Source: Vicugna vicugna (Eukaryota). From it: a stretch of 64,000 nt of DNA. Below, one piece after another: positions 26,539 through 40,045 of this stretch; positions within the stretch are counted from its first letter, which is position 1, and every line of letters starts with the position of its first letter. Position numbers and translations under genes: made by a program. The stretch is taken from assembly GCA_013265495.1 (NCBI GenBank), contig MU058257.1:1629262-1693261 (forward strand), in the 5' to 3' direction. The notes beneath the pieces were generated by a model. That model worked only from the letters and a program-made list of their open reading frames with translations, had not been told where the DNA came from and did not search any database.

Positions 26539-29500
26539 TTAGAGAGACAGTCATGAGCTTGAGGGCCACTAACTGGCCCTGTATTTCACACCACCCGCGG
26601 TCTCTCCCACAGGACACACAGGTGCGCTGTCCTAAGCAGACTCTGCTGACATTTAAGAAGCAAATGTAACAGCCTTCCAATGGAAACCGTTAAAACTTGG
26701 TTCCCATTTTTTCCCCTAATCATAAAAATGATGGCAGCTCACTGTAGAGAGTTGAGAAAATCAAAGAGAACAAAGCATTTTGTGACAAATTAATAAAAAG
26801 ACAGAGCAAGGCAGAACAGTCTCATAATTTGTAAATCCTTTCTCAGAAAGTGATAAATTCCTACACTATACACATTGTGAATAAAGCACTGCTTTCATGG
26901 GTTTTTTGTTTATTTAAACGTCACCATTTTTCACACAAGAACTTTAAAAATCAGACAACTCTTACAGCATCAGAAAACACCAGAGTGAGACAGAGTTGAC
27001 TAAAAATCCTAAAACATAAGGTGGCAGGTGAGAAAGGGAGGACCAGAAAGAGAAAAACAAAGAAGAAAAAAGACGAAACCAGGAGAACCCAAGCGGAAAT
27101 CTACCTCCACGCACCACTCATGCTTTTCACACCACAATGTAACTTGGAGTTTCTTTGCTTTGAAGCTGCAAGCTTGGCACCTGGAGGCAGCGCCACGGCC
27201 GGAACAGCACAGGCCGGAGAAGGACTGGACTCGGACCAGCGCCCGCTTGTTCCTCCAACCACTGGAAGGGGTGCGGCAATGGAACCAACTGTAACTGCTA
27301 AGGATTTTGTTTAAAATGTTTTAATCACTGTCTGAAACATTTTAATCATTCTATGCAAAAGAATCCTAATTACACTAGAAAGAAAAGTGGCTGTGTGCCG
27401 CCCCTGGAAGGCCTGGCATGCAGACGACTCCAGGAGCAGCGGCCAGCGCCCGAGGACGCGTCCCGTCCCGTCATCCGCACGAAGCAGGAGCTCTACCAGG
27501 AGGCCGGTCAGCCGCCAGCTCACCAGCTCTGCGCAAGGAGTGCCAGACTCGGTGCGTCAACAGCGTACACTCAGTGTCCGCCCCGTATCACAAGTGGCAC
27601 TTGGACTCGGGTAACGGGTGACCACCGGCAGCTCATGGCGGTCCAGACAACTCCAGTCATTCTGAACACCTGCTACAGATAATGCTCTGGAAAGGAGCTT
27701 ATCCCTGCAGGCTTTTCACAGAGGAGCTAGAGAAAAAAAGGTAACTAAAGTTCACAGTCAAATATTATTCTAAATTCTGCATCTACTTTAAAATTCGGGG
27801 GGGGGAGCCCATGTTTAAATGAACCAGATCCATCAGAGCGTCCACATCAAAGGAACGCAACTTTTATTAACAACTTTCACTGGAGTTAAGCCGGCAGTAC
27901 ATACTTACATAGTGTCACGAGCTCGTATAGTAGGTATGTATAGACATAACTGCTGTTAAGAGCCTCACAACTCTAGACCATCCCGGCTGTAAAACAGCCG
28001 TGTCATTCTGACAGCCACTCGAGTCCTCTGCCATCAGTTCAAACTTTCATTTCGCTGCTGGACTGAAGGGTAACTTCTGGGTCACCCACCTCCCCATCCT
28101 TGCAATTCGATCACCTGCCCCTAAGTCGAGGCCAAGCCTCCACAACCAGCTCCTCTGGAACCTGAAGCCTGGCTGCCCCAGTCAAAACAGACACAGAGAG
28201 AGGCAGAGCTTCACCGGCACGATGGCAGTGGAGCCCACACAGCGGCACCCCTCCAGCCCACGGAAACGAGGGATGTTGTGGGCCGGACACCAGCCTGGCC
28301 GGAAGGCGCCTGTCATAGGTAATAAACATGCAGACAAGAGGCCAGCAGGAATCAGTGGCAATGGATGTCAAGAGGGAAAAAGATACTGCTAACAGTCCTA
28401 TTAAAGCCTGGGAAACACCCTTAGTATTCACGATAGGAGACAGATTAAATGCATCACTGAGCATCCATAGTACTTAAAACCCACATAGCTACCGAAATAC
28501 ATATCCAGAGGCGTGGGAAGAAAAGTAAATGACCCTCCAAAGCATTCAAATGTTGCACTAAACATCTGGTGCTGTTGAATTACAGGCGATACCATTTCTG
28601 CTTTGCACACCTTTGTTTTTCAATTCCTTTCCCTCATAAGCATGGCTTAATATAAAAAGTCTATTTATAATACAATGAAATTTAAAATAAACACAATAAA
28701 TTACATGTTCTATACTTCTAGAATCTAGCAAATTATCAACACGTTATGTTGATATTAAAGTAATAGTGAAAATGGTTTTAAGTTTTCAAGTTAATATTTT
28801 GTATGATTCACTGAAACACCAAATACACTAGATTAGTGCATTTTTGTACAAAGAAGAAAAACTTTGCAGATCAGAGTGATTACCAACACCCGTTTTATCA
28901 ACAGGTTTCAGGATTCCCCTGGGAATAAATACACAGCTTTTATTTTCACTGCCTTAACCAAGCAGCGTTCCCCTTTTTCTGTTTTAGACATTTAATGTTT
29001 CCTTTCGGTTCAACACATGAGCCCATTAGAATTTGAAACCACCCCAGAAGGACCCCCAAGAGACAGACCAAACACTCATGACCATCAGAACACAAATGAA
29101 ATCATCTCAAGAGGCAAGAAGTCATTAGCCCGCTGTCTAGTTTTCAAACACACAAAAGCAAGAAACAGTTTTTAAAATTTTTAACTTACTCTAACAAGTT
29201 ATTTTTATGAAATTCAGGTATTCAGTAGTTGACCATAAGAACACAGGAGTGTTGCTAGTCTACAAGGGCTAACAAAATGTTCAAATCCACATGCAAATGT
29301 GTGGAATGGGGCACACTACCAGCCTGTTCATCAAAAAGTGACGGGACGCTCCCGCGGTCAGCCCGTTCCCTGGAGGTCAGCTCAGCGAACACTAGCGATT
29401 CACAGGAATTTACAAGAGGAAACACGCAGAAACAAGGTGATTTACTCTCTTAGCTTCTTCATTTTCACAGCACCATTTAAAAATAGAACAGTGGGGGTTT

Positions 29501-32500
29501 AAAGACAGAGACAGAGCATTTTTTTACTGTACATCTTAAGCATAAACATCACAAATAATCTGCCAGAATTACGACGCATCACTTTCCTCCTGGGAAGATG
29601 AATGTTACAAACACCACATGTATTAAACCATCATGACTGCAATCACAGCACACACAGACCATGCCTCACTGCCAAGAACTCTCCTAGAGACTTAGCACAC
29701 TGAGACACGCGGTGCTTAAGCTCTGCAAGGAGATCACACGTTTGGCCCTTAACGTTGCCTAGAAATGACCGTCAAGTCTGGGGAGGGGGTACCGAGCCCC
29801 CAGGTGAGTCTGCAATCGGACGGGTTACTGCTGAGAGCTTTCTTCTTCTCACTGCATAACCGGACGTCTGTTGCTTAAGGGGCAACTCAAATTAAAACAC
29901 TGTTTAATGATGAGAGAAAAAATGTGCTCTGCAGACAGGAAGACACTTCAGGCAACAGCTGACTGACCAGTAAACCTTGGCCGCTGGCTCTGGCAGCTGC
30001 CGAAAACTCAGCCTGCATTCAGCTAGAGCTCCCCGTGACTTGACGGACGCCGTGGCACTTCTCTGGGCACTAAAGCTAACGAGATGGTGACAGACCAGGC
30101 ACTCAAAGGGGCTGGCGTCCTGGGACGGCCCCGTCTCCCCAATCAAGCACACGGTCTTCCCCGCCGAGCGTTCAGGCTGCTCCACTCAGCCGGCCTGCAC
30201 CTGACACTCACCTGAAAGCAGGAACACTAATTCACCCTGGGAACTCTTTTTTTTTTTTTATGTCAAAACAATCTCTCTCTCTCTTTCATTTCTAAATCTC
30301 ACTTCGTATGGAATTTTCTCCACTATTTTTTTAAAAGAGCATGAAACTCACTACCCAAATAGCATTAAAATCTGACCCTAAACATTGTGGTTCACGAACA
30401 GTGGCCCTCGACACTCCAGCCTCCCAGACAGGGAGCTCCATTCTTGATTCCAAGACCAACGGTAAGACGTAAAGAGCCACAGAAGAGGCAGCTTGGACTG
30501 GCTTTACTTTTGCAAATACAGCAGAATGTCTGTCCCCTCCTGCAAGTTCTCCTTTGGTCTTGATCACATCCCAGGTCCTACTTCCTGTTCACCACTCTCA
30601 GAAGTGGTCAACGTCCAACTCCTAGGAGGTGAGTGGTCCAGGCACATCCAGTCTTGGACCTTGCTTCTGCTGAGTCCAGCCAAGCAGACCACCAAGACGA
30701 TGCCCAGGGGCAGGGAAACAACTCACATCTCAGCAGACACATTTCTTAATGTTTTAGCGGATGTCTTCCAACAACAAAACATCAGCCCAACCTGTTTACC
30801 ACACGTGGATTGTGACACCTTTCAAAATCCAGTATCTTAGAAAGTGCTCATGGCAGCACTGATTCCCACACAAGGGACCCCGAATCAGACGCCCCGGTGG
30901 GACCCGCCGCGGACTCGTCTCAGCAGATCCGCGCTGGGCGCCTCTGGCTTGGAGCACCTGACAACGAAGCCTTCTGTAAACCGCGGACAACGAAGGCTAC
31001 GCTGAATCCGTCTCTCCTCAGGTCATACGAGTTACGATGCACCTCATACTCTAAGGTTGAAAATAACAAAGCACAGCCCCACGTCTTCACGTTACAGAGG
31101 TGAGAATCTTGTTCTGAATCCACGACGTGAGGTGAGACCAGCACGGATGGGGCGCGTGCGGCTGCTGCTGGGGCTGCCTTCCAAGTCGCGCTGAATCTGG
31201 CTGATCTCCGCTTCCCACTGGTGCACTCCTGCTTCTTCCCTGCACTGCCTGCCAGGTCAGCAACAGAACATTCACAACATCCCCTAAGATACGCTGAGTT
31301 TCCCCACTGGTTAGAGACTTAGAAGGGTCTTCTTTTAAAAGGCATCCCATGACCCTCAAACAGGAATAAATTTCATGGAAACACAGTGGTTAGAAATTTT
31401 ATCCCAGAAAGTGAAATCACTGTGTGTGCATCTTTCGATGGGTCAGGCTCTTCTGCTCACCCCGTCTGGCGGGGGGGAAGCAGGCTGTGAACTCTGACCT
31501 CTCTGTGACAGGGATGGGACGGCACCAGCGTCTGAGCCAGGGCGCACTCGCTGCCTCTGAAAGACCTGGTCCAGCAGTGGGAGGAGGGCCACACCATCCG
31601 CCAGACACAGGTGCCCTCCAGGCAGCTAGAATCGCCCGTCTTCAATCCGCGCTGCCACGGACCCGACAATAAGGTGAGAACTCTACTGGACGTCTCACGT
31701 CCAAGCCGACTTTGTTAAAAGAAATCCCCACCAGTTGTGCGAAATAGGACGTGATCCACCTGCAAACAAGCTGTCCGAGCACCTGTACACACTCCGGCTG
31801 GACCCACAGGGGCACAGCCCGCGAGCTGCGGTCCCCGTGCCCCACGGAGCGGGCGGATCCCCCACCGCCGAACACTCACCATCCCTAACACGTTCAATCA
31901 CAGAGAAACCGAATCCTTCCTTTAAAAGAAATTACAGCACAACCTACAAAAACTCAAGGACATCATGTCCACAGAGGGTGAGGAAAAAGAAACGCCTCAA
32001 CTTGGGGCTTCTGTGTTTTACCGTCATTCCATATTAGGAGATAGTTAGGATTTTCTTCCAACTCAGAAAAAAGAAAATTCTGTGTTGCTCTAACGGTAAG
32101 TTTAAAAATAAAACAGCAGGTGTAGGATATGAAAAGGCTTCACTTCAAAACAATGTTCTTAGGATTTAATTTACTGATCATTCACATGTTCTTCATCCTT
32201 TAAGACAAGTGTCTGCACACCCAGCTGAGACATCGCTGTTTGCAGGTGCCCCCACTTTGGATCACGAGCGAGGCCCACGTCTGCAGGTCAGGGTAAAGCT
32301 GGGAGCTCTGGAGTGCTCTCTCATGCCCACGCAGTCTGCTATCCAGACACATTCGGACTCCGCATCCTCTCCACAGCGTGTGCAAGCCCGCGCCCTAAGT
32401 CTCCCGAACCGTGGAGGAGAAGCCCACGGTGCTTGGCTATAATCCTCGGCTCAGACATCGTGAGGTCACAGGGGTTTGCCCACATGCACCTCCGGGGGTG

Positions 32501-35500
32501 AGGAAGGAACCTTCTCGTTCCGAGGCACAGCTAGCCTCGGGGTGACAAGAGGTCTGCCGCAGTATCAGAGCCCCTCCCGGGGGACAGACTAACTGGATGA
32601 GCTGGCTGACTTACCTGACCTGACAGCCAACTAACCAGATACCTTAAAAGTCACACACATCACAGATAACTAGTCCTTTTTTTAACCCACCAGGTGGGCT
32701 CAGGCACCCGGGCACAGAGCCCCTGAATCCCGGGCCAGGCACCTGCAGCAGGTCTCAGGGACGAGGGCAGTGCCCTCCGCCACCTCTGTGCTCCCATCGA
32801 AGCAGAACATCAGGGAAGAGCTGGGCGGCAAGGCCGTGTCCAGCAGCTCCAGACAGAGACCCGGACAGCAGGCACCGATCAGTCCGGGCAGGAGGGCCAC
32901 ACAGGGAGGGGCTGGCACGCACTCATCCTCGGACAAGGACGACGGGCACCTGGACATCGGCTGTGAACAAGGAGGCGCCCAAAACAGTCTGCTTGTGGAG
33001 GCTGTCCCCAAGGAGAGTGTGACTCCACGGACAGCAGGCGCTGCCACCTCACGGGACGGCCGCTGGGCTACTCGGTGAGCCTCTCAGGACAGCAGGGCGG
33101 CATCACACCTGCACCGTCGCCCTGGACTGCCGCTGCCTCGGTCCTGCTGCAGCAAAGGGCTGGCCAGGACCTGAGCTGCAGAAGGACGCCTTGCGTCTGA
33201 GCACAGGTCCCAGATAGCGTGCTGGGCAGCAGCGCGTCTAGAAGCTCCTGTAACCACGTCTCACACTCCACGTTTCAAAAAGTAAATCAAATCTTAAAAA
33301 AAATAAGTAAGTTATCATTTAAATCTAAGTTCAGTTTCCAGGAATTAAATATTTTAACTATTGCATATGACCGATTTGAAGCTTTAAGGGAACTTTAGTA
33401 AATGGACTGAAAATGTCAGAATAACCATTACTAGAATGTAACAGAAAGCCCCAGTGAACAGACGTCACCCTGTGCCCTCAGATGAAGCGGCCGCTGAAAC
33501 ACACGGTGCTCCCGGAGACAATGCTGCATCACCCAAATGACCCACCGCACTGCGTGGGGCACCCCCACTCAGACGTCAGCCAGGAAGGGAGGGCTGAGAA
33601 ACGCAGCAAAGCCACCACGAATCAGCCTTCTGTCCTCATGAGCAGCAGGGTCAGAGCTGGCAAGTGACTGACCGCAAGACGCTTCCCAGGACAGAACCCC
33701 GCAGACGTGGTTGACAGGGAACCCCAGGCTTCTCTCCAGGTCACTGAACCCCAGTCCCCGGAGCGGGTCCCCAGGAGCCACACAAGAATATGGCCTGGGG
33801 CTGCGGTTCCCACCAGGTTCTGCACTCAGAGGAGAAAGGCCTTTGAACATCTTTGAACAGTAGCATCACTGCCAGAGTGGTATATGGGGTGAAAGGCGGA
33901 TTCTCAGGGAGGCAACAGAGAGGCAAAGGAGGATGAGCAGCAGGGGGCTCCGGGGAGCACGCTGGACGGAGCGGAGCGCACGCTTTTCTGGAACACACAA
34001 ACTGCAACGGAGGAAAACATGGGAGGAAATAAAACCACAAAGCAAAAGCAAAAGGAACACAAAAGATTACATTAATCAAATATCTGAGTTGTGGACGGTG
34101 GGGTGTTTTTTCCCCTAAACCACACTGGACCAAATGAGCTATAAAGCACAAAAGCAGGCAACGTTCTGTTCAAAAGAAGAGCAAGGCCCACCCCGTGCAC
34201 TTACAGGTCCGCAGAGCACTCCATCAAATTCTGCCCAGGCAGCCGCAGCGGCTGGCATCCAGGGCTCTGGAAAGACAAAGCCAGAGACTGCGTTCTGCTG
34301 TTGTATGTATTTTACTGCCAGGCCAGCGATGCACTTAACACACAAACGCCAGCAGTTCCAGGCCAGGATACAAACATTCATTATGGACATGCTTTAAGTT
34401 TATGCTGACTCCAACAGTTTGCCGTCCATCAGTTATTTCAGTGCCAATTAGCACCTTAAAAATCATATGTAAATATTTGAAAAACGAGTTAGCAATTAAA
34501 GGGAGGAAACATTCCACATTAAAACCAGGAAGCAACTTTAGGTCAAACGCTAAAAGGTAACTGCCTTCTCAGAACATCAAGTTTCACAGCATAACACAGA
34601 ACGCTATGTACGCTCCAGACCAAAAATAAAACATGTAGAATCTATTTAAAATTCAGGAGATGCCAATTACTATTTACTGCCTTCAGAGTTAATAGGTCCT
34701 CTAATTGAACATAAGAGGGTTTAAACTGCACGCATCATTACCTTATACCCCAAGTTAGCGATGAAGTGTCGACAAAGGCTTCCAGTGAGCTAAGGATGTG
34801 AAAACTTCTGGACAAAGGTAGCTCACGCTCTTTCTTTGTACTAGCTTTTCAGTGTCTGCATTTTTTTTAAATAGGAAAACAGTGCTTAGCACATGGCTTA
34901 CAGTGAAGCTTTATTCTTAAGTAATCTAAGAGGAACGTAAATTTCTCATAATTTAAAAGACTTTCCTTTCTAAGCAGAGTAATCCCAAAAGTTAGAAAAG
35001 AATTTTAGTATAAATTGGACTCAGGATCCCACAGTACTAGGGCCTTATAAGAATTGAGCTTTAAAACTGGAATAAAAAATGTTTAATAGTAGGAATTGAC
35101 ATATGTTTATCTAAACCACACCAACATTTTACAATGAGAAAAAAGGCCAAATCATTCCTTGTGGGGAAAAATCTAGGAAACCAATAGTAAGAAATTTAGA
35201 TGACATTGAATGAAGTATTTGAGAATCTATTAATCAGTTGAAAATGGACAGTCAGATGCAGTCTTTCAAGAACAGCAATTCAAACGTTAGCTTTTAAGAC
35301 ACAGACTATGGGCCCAATCGATTCAAACAGAATGAGGCTGCCACTGCTCTACTTGAAGAAAATGCTGGGAAGTTTTACTTCTATTTTAAAATTCAGTTAG
35401 AAGGCAAACTCTTGTATCTTGTATGTAAGGGAAAATGAATTCCTAGGGAAAAAATTAAATCAGAAAAAAACCATGGAATAAAACAAAGTTACAGGATCAC

Positions 35501-38274
35501 AGACGAATGAAAATGTCCAACTTTGCTTTAACGGTTAGAGAGCCTGGAGCCAGGGAGGTGGACGTGAAACTCTCCTGCCCGGCTTCTCATCCCGTGTTAT
35601 CAGTTCACTGTCATTATTTGTCTAACGTCCTCAAGAAGGTTTGGTTTCCTGTGATCGGGTGCCCCTGAGAAGGCCCGGCTTCCCAAGTTCAGTGCCATCC
35701 CCCGTTTCCTGAGAAGCAGCTCCACCCACCGCACACCCACCTGCCTGCCGCCCATCCAAGGGCGGGCCTGGCAAACACAGGCACTCCGGAGCTGCGCCCC
35801 CTGCCCGCCGCGGCTGCCGCCCCTGCCCTGGCCCCGGCCCCGCCAGCCATGCTGAGGAGAGCAGAGCTGGGCCTCTGATCCAAAGGGACCAACCGCATCA
35901 CTCCCCAGGGGCCCGCAAGTGGGCCTGAGAGACCAGCAGAGGCGAGACTCTCCTGAGGCAAAATCAGGGACGTGAGACAGAGTATGATGTGGAAACAGAG
36001 CAGCAAAGGAGGCCGCCCTAGGGCAGGAAGAACAGAGCAAACTTCCGCAAGCGAGGGAGAAAGCACGGCCTGAGCAGAGGGGCGGTGGGGCATGCCCCGT
36101 CCCGTCAGCCTCTCGGCGGGGAGGGCGTGGAGACCCCTCTGTTGCCCGCACAGCTGCACCCCTCTCACCTAAGCGCCCTTGACTTGGTTGATGTTACCTG
36201 GAACATCAAGAAACTGAACTGACTGTGCGCTAACATCCCAAGGGCAGCACAGACGTGAGATCCACAGCTGCGCAGCCACTCCCATCCCCGGTCTCAGATA
36301 ATTCAGATGAACAAGGTTCCAGTGTCTGAGTTTGTTCGGTCCACTGCTGTTCCAGTCATGACCTTCAGGGGCTGTAACTAACCCTCCCCATCACACCCTT
36401 TCCCTCCCACTACCCCACTGCCCTTCGCTTCTCTAAGACACTGGAAATATCTATAAGAGGCTATTTCTGGTTCACAGATTGTCTGTATCTCACACAAAAC
36501 CTTTCTGAACACACACATGGCCCTGACCCCACCCCTCCGCCGAGCATGGGTGGTGAGGGCTGGGAGAACAGCGGACTTAATTTCCTCTCAGCCGGCAGCA
36601 ATGCAAAGGTCAAGGGAGCCGGGGGCTGGCCGGGGCAGAGGAGGCTGAGTCACCAAGCAGCAGCCTTTCCACAGCGGGTCACCGTTACCGCCAGGCTGTG
36701 TTTCTGTCTCCGAGTGGTTTGGGGAGGAAAGCAGGTCGGCACTGCTAAGCCACCTGGAAAACAGGGACTGTGCTTTACGCAGTTTTGTATTCTCAGTGCC
36801 CAACACGTCACGAAGAACACAGCACACGCGTTAAAAATGATTACCAGTCAGAACACCCAGAAAATGCAGAAGGCGTGACAGTCATTACTATTACTTTGTC
36901 AAGACTGCTTCTCCATCAAAGACGCTGACAGCTGTGGTGTTACTGGCCGTGCACAACAGGTGCGGATAAAGCAAGACCTTCCAAGGACGTAGAGGATGCC
37001 AAGCCTTCTCAGCTCCTGCTCACTTCTGCACGTGGGCTGCACGTCTCTGCTCAAAAGTCTCGAGTGAGCATCACACCCCACACCGCTGCAGCCCCGGGAG
37101 CCAGCACCGCCATGCCACGGGCCCAGTGATGACCTGCTTATTCCAAAACCAATGTAAATGCATGCGTTTACAAAGTTCTTGGTAGTTCTTAATAGAAACT
37201 CTGCTTCATTTTATTAGTCATATGGAATTACAGGCAAGAAGCACATAGTAAACTCTCAGGGCTGCTTTGATCTTTAGAACAACTGATAGAATACTTAGGC
37301 CTGCTAACTCATTTTCTCAGAACGTCAAGTCCTAAGTAATTTGGGAATGAGTTCCAGCTCCTTTCTGATGGTCCCCTTGACTCTAGAATGCTAACCTTGC
37401 AGGAGGGTAAAGCTACCTACCGCAAAGACGGTGTCTGTGGCCCAGCTCCCCTCACAGGCTGCCCCCTTCCCCCAGATGTGCACGCTCACCTCCTCTTCCA
37501 GCTACAAGGAACCACTGATTAATTACACGTGCTTCCAAACCACACGTTCGCCATTCCTGCCCCCTGGGATAAACAGCCCCTCTGGAATTAAGACTCTTTT
37601 CAAAGTCTTAGGTTTTCTGGCGCCCCTACGCCGAAGCACCTCCTCTTCAAACTCCCCGGCCCTCCGTCACACGTCCTTCCTGCACTGAGGCCGCTCTCCG
37701 CCCACATTTCAGCTCACTGTGCGCGTCTTACAGGGGGTCAATTGGACTGAATTGATCATATTGGCAAAGTAGCATTTTTCACTGATAAAAAGGCTTGCTG
37801 GTTAATTGGTGCAAAACTGCTATGATTTCCTATAACCTATGGCTTAGGCGTCTGGGCCTCTTATTTATAACTGCCAAGCACCTAGAATCACCCCTGCATT
37901 TTTAGGCAAGGGTCATAAACTCCAGAGAACTAGCCAGAGGTGCTTTTTAAGCCCAATGTTGCTTTAAGCTGCAAGCCTCTAGGGGGTTCACATAGTGAGA
38001 CCCTGAGACATACGTTCTACCCAAGTTGCAACCGTTACCAGTCAGGATGGACAGACAGCAGTGACAGAAAGGGTGCCACCTTGTTAACATCGCAGCAAGC
38101 CAGACGCCTTGGGTGAAAGCTACTCGTCTGCGCAACTCGCTCTGTAAATCCCTGCCCCGCACTGTGACACGGGCGCAGCCTGAACACAGACACACAGCAG
38201 TCGGCCAGAGGGACGACCCCGGGGACAGCAGTGTGACCTGACCCTACTGGCTCATCGGGAGCCCGAGTGACCAG

Positions 38275-38322
38275 GCCGCCGCCGCCGCCGCCGCCGCCGC
38301 CGCTGCCGCTGCCGCCGCTGCC
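38275..38322. repeat. (GCC)9 GCT GCC GCT GCC GCC GCT GCC trinucleotide repeat (CGG/GGC on the PARD3 sense strand)
   Basis: Direct reading: 16 triplets, the first 9 pure. Confidence 0.95.
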
Positions 38323-39082
38323 TGGAGGGCCTCTCGCCCGCGAGAGGCAGGGCGCGGCAGGCGCACGGGACGATCCCGGCACGGAACGGAGATCGTCTGC
38401 CTGGCACAGAAACAGGCATCCAAACAGGGCCAGGAAAAGAGTTTTCTTATTTAACAAAATGCCTCTTACAAAGTTAAAGGATTTTAAAAGTTTGAATGAG
38501 AAGCTGAGGTAGGTCACGTGCCTTAATTATCTGCATCCTAGAGACCAGTGTGGCCTGAACAGAAGCCTGCAATTTCAGTCATTCAAAACACCAGTTAATT
38601 CTCTTCCGTGCCAACTGTGGCCCTGCGATCACTTACCCTTCTAAATACAACCACGTTTTGTGTCTCCATTCTTTCAGTTACCCGGGTTATAAACTTAATA
38701 ATATGTTACGTATAGATAAAAGTCACTTTTGGGGTTTTTTTTAAACATCTTAAAAATTAGGGTTTAAAGTACACGTTTTAGAATGAGCTGCTGGAGTCAC
38801 GGGGATGAACATAAGTACTTACGTATTACCCCGTAAGATGCTACAAAGCATTTCATAAACTCTACACCCAATTTACATTTAATAAAACAGTTTATTCATC
38901 AGGAAAAAACATTGCTAGTTGAGAACATGGGACACCATTACTTGGACATACAATCATTATTTTATACATAAAACTCATACCTGCCTTTGAAAGTAACTAA
39001 GGCAAGTGAGCGTCACAATAAGGTAGGATTCAGAGCATCACTGATGTCCTGAGGCCCCAAAGGAATAAGAAATTGCATTTTA

Positions 39083-39215
39083 TGGTGGAAAGAGCTGGAA
39101 TTTTGAGAGCGCATGTCTGTCAGCAGCCAGTGACTCCGCCCCTTGGACGACTGACCCTCTGTCCACGAAATGGAGTTAACAGTTGCCCCCTCGAGGGGTG
39201 TTATGAGGGGAAATT
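39083..39215 (+). mobile_element. MIR SINE fragment
   Basis: tggtggaaagagc...ccttggacgactgaccctctgtccacgaaatggagttaac...ggggtgttatgagggg. Confidence 0.5.
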
Positions 39216-39879
39216 ATGTATCAGTTACTTCATCCTCTGGCAGGTAGGCTGCCTGTTCCAGAAGGTTAGCCTCTTTATTCACACATAAGTGGTATTTATC
39301 TATTTAAAAATATAAAAACAAACGTTACCACAATGTTAGTTATGCAACATCCTTTCCACCCTCCTTCATCACTAACTGAACCCCCATTTTTTTCAGGATC
39401 TATTTGTCTCTCAGCAATGGGACTCGTAATTCCATTTCATGTTCAGGATTTGCTTAGGGATGAGCCAGGGATTGGAATGCAGCCCACGGGTCGTAGGGCG
39501 AAGTCTCCCAAGGGCTCTGGGGGCGGCTTTCCTACGCCCTCTGCTGGGGCGTGTGAGACGGAGCCTCTCCAGTCCTCCCGCAACTCTGAGAAGGACCAGC
39601 CTAGACTCAGGGTGACCAAGAGCTGGGTCCCCCATAACACAATAACAAAACCTCACACCCCCTCCAGGGTATGTGACCACACAGTGTACGGACCCCTGCT
39701 GTCCGAAGCTCTCTTGAGCAGGTCTATTACACGCGCAAGGTCGAGTCCACATTCAGGATGCGCACGTTCTGGGAGAAGAGATAACATATTTCATCATCTC
39801 AGTCTGTAACTGCAGGCCGTTAACATGATGATTTTTCATTTATTGATGGAATAAAAATAATGTCTCAAATGTTCACTGT

Positions 39880-40045
39880 AATTCACTTATTTCTCACAAC
39901 AAATTTATGGGGCAGGTGCATCTCTTCTCCCCAGTTCAGAGATAGAGCAACTGAGTTCCAGAAAATCCAAGCAACTTGTCCAAGAACACAGAACCATTAG
40001 CTCGGGGAGCCAAGATGAAGTTCAGGAAACTGGCTCCCAAGCCCA
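39880..40045 (-). mobile_element. MIR SINE
   Basis: ttatttctcacaacaaatttatggggcagg...cagagatagagcaactgag...gcaacttgtccaagaacacag. Confidence 0.7.

Noticed and set aside
38035..38517. Poly-Gly (minus) and poly-Pro (plus) ORFs as real proteins
   Set aside because: The low-complexity peptides are simply translations of the GCC repeat, with non-ATG starts and no homology.
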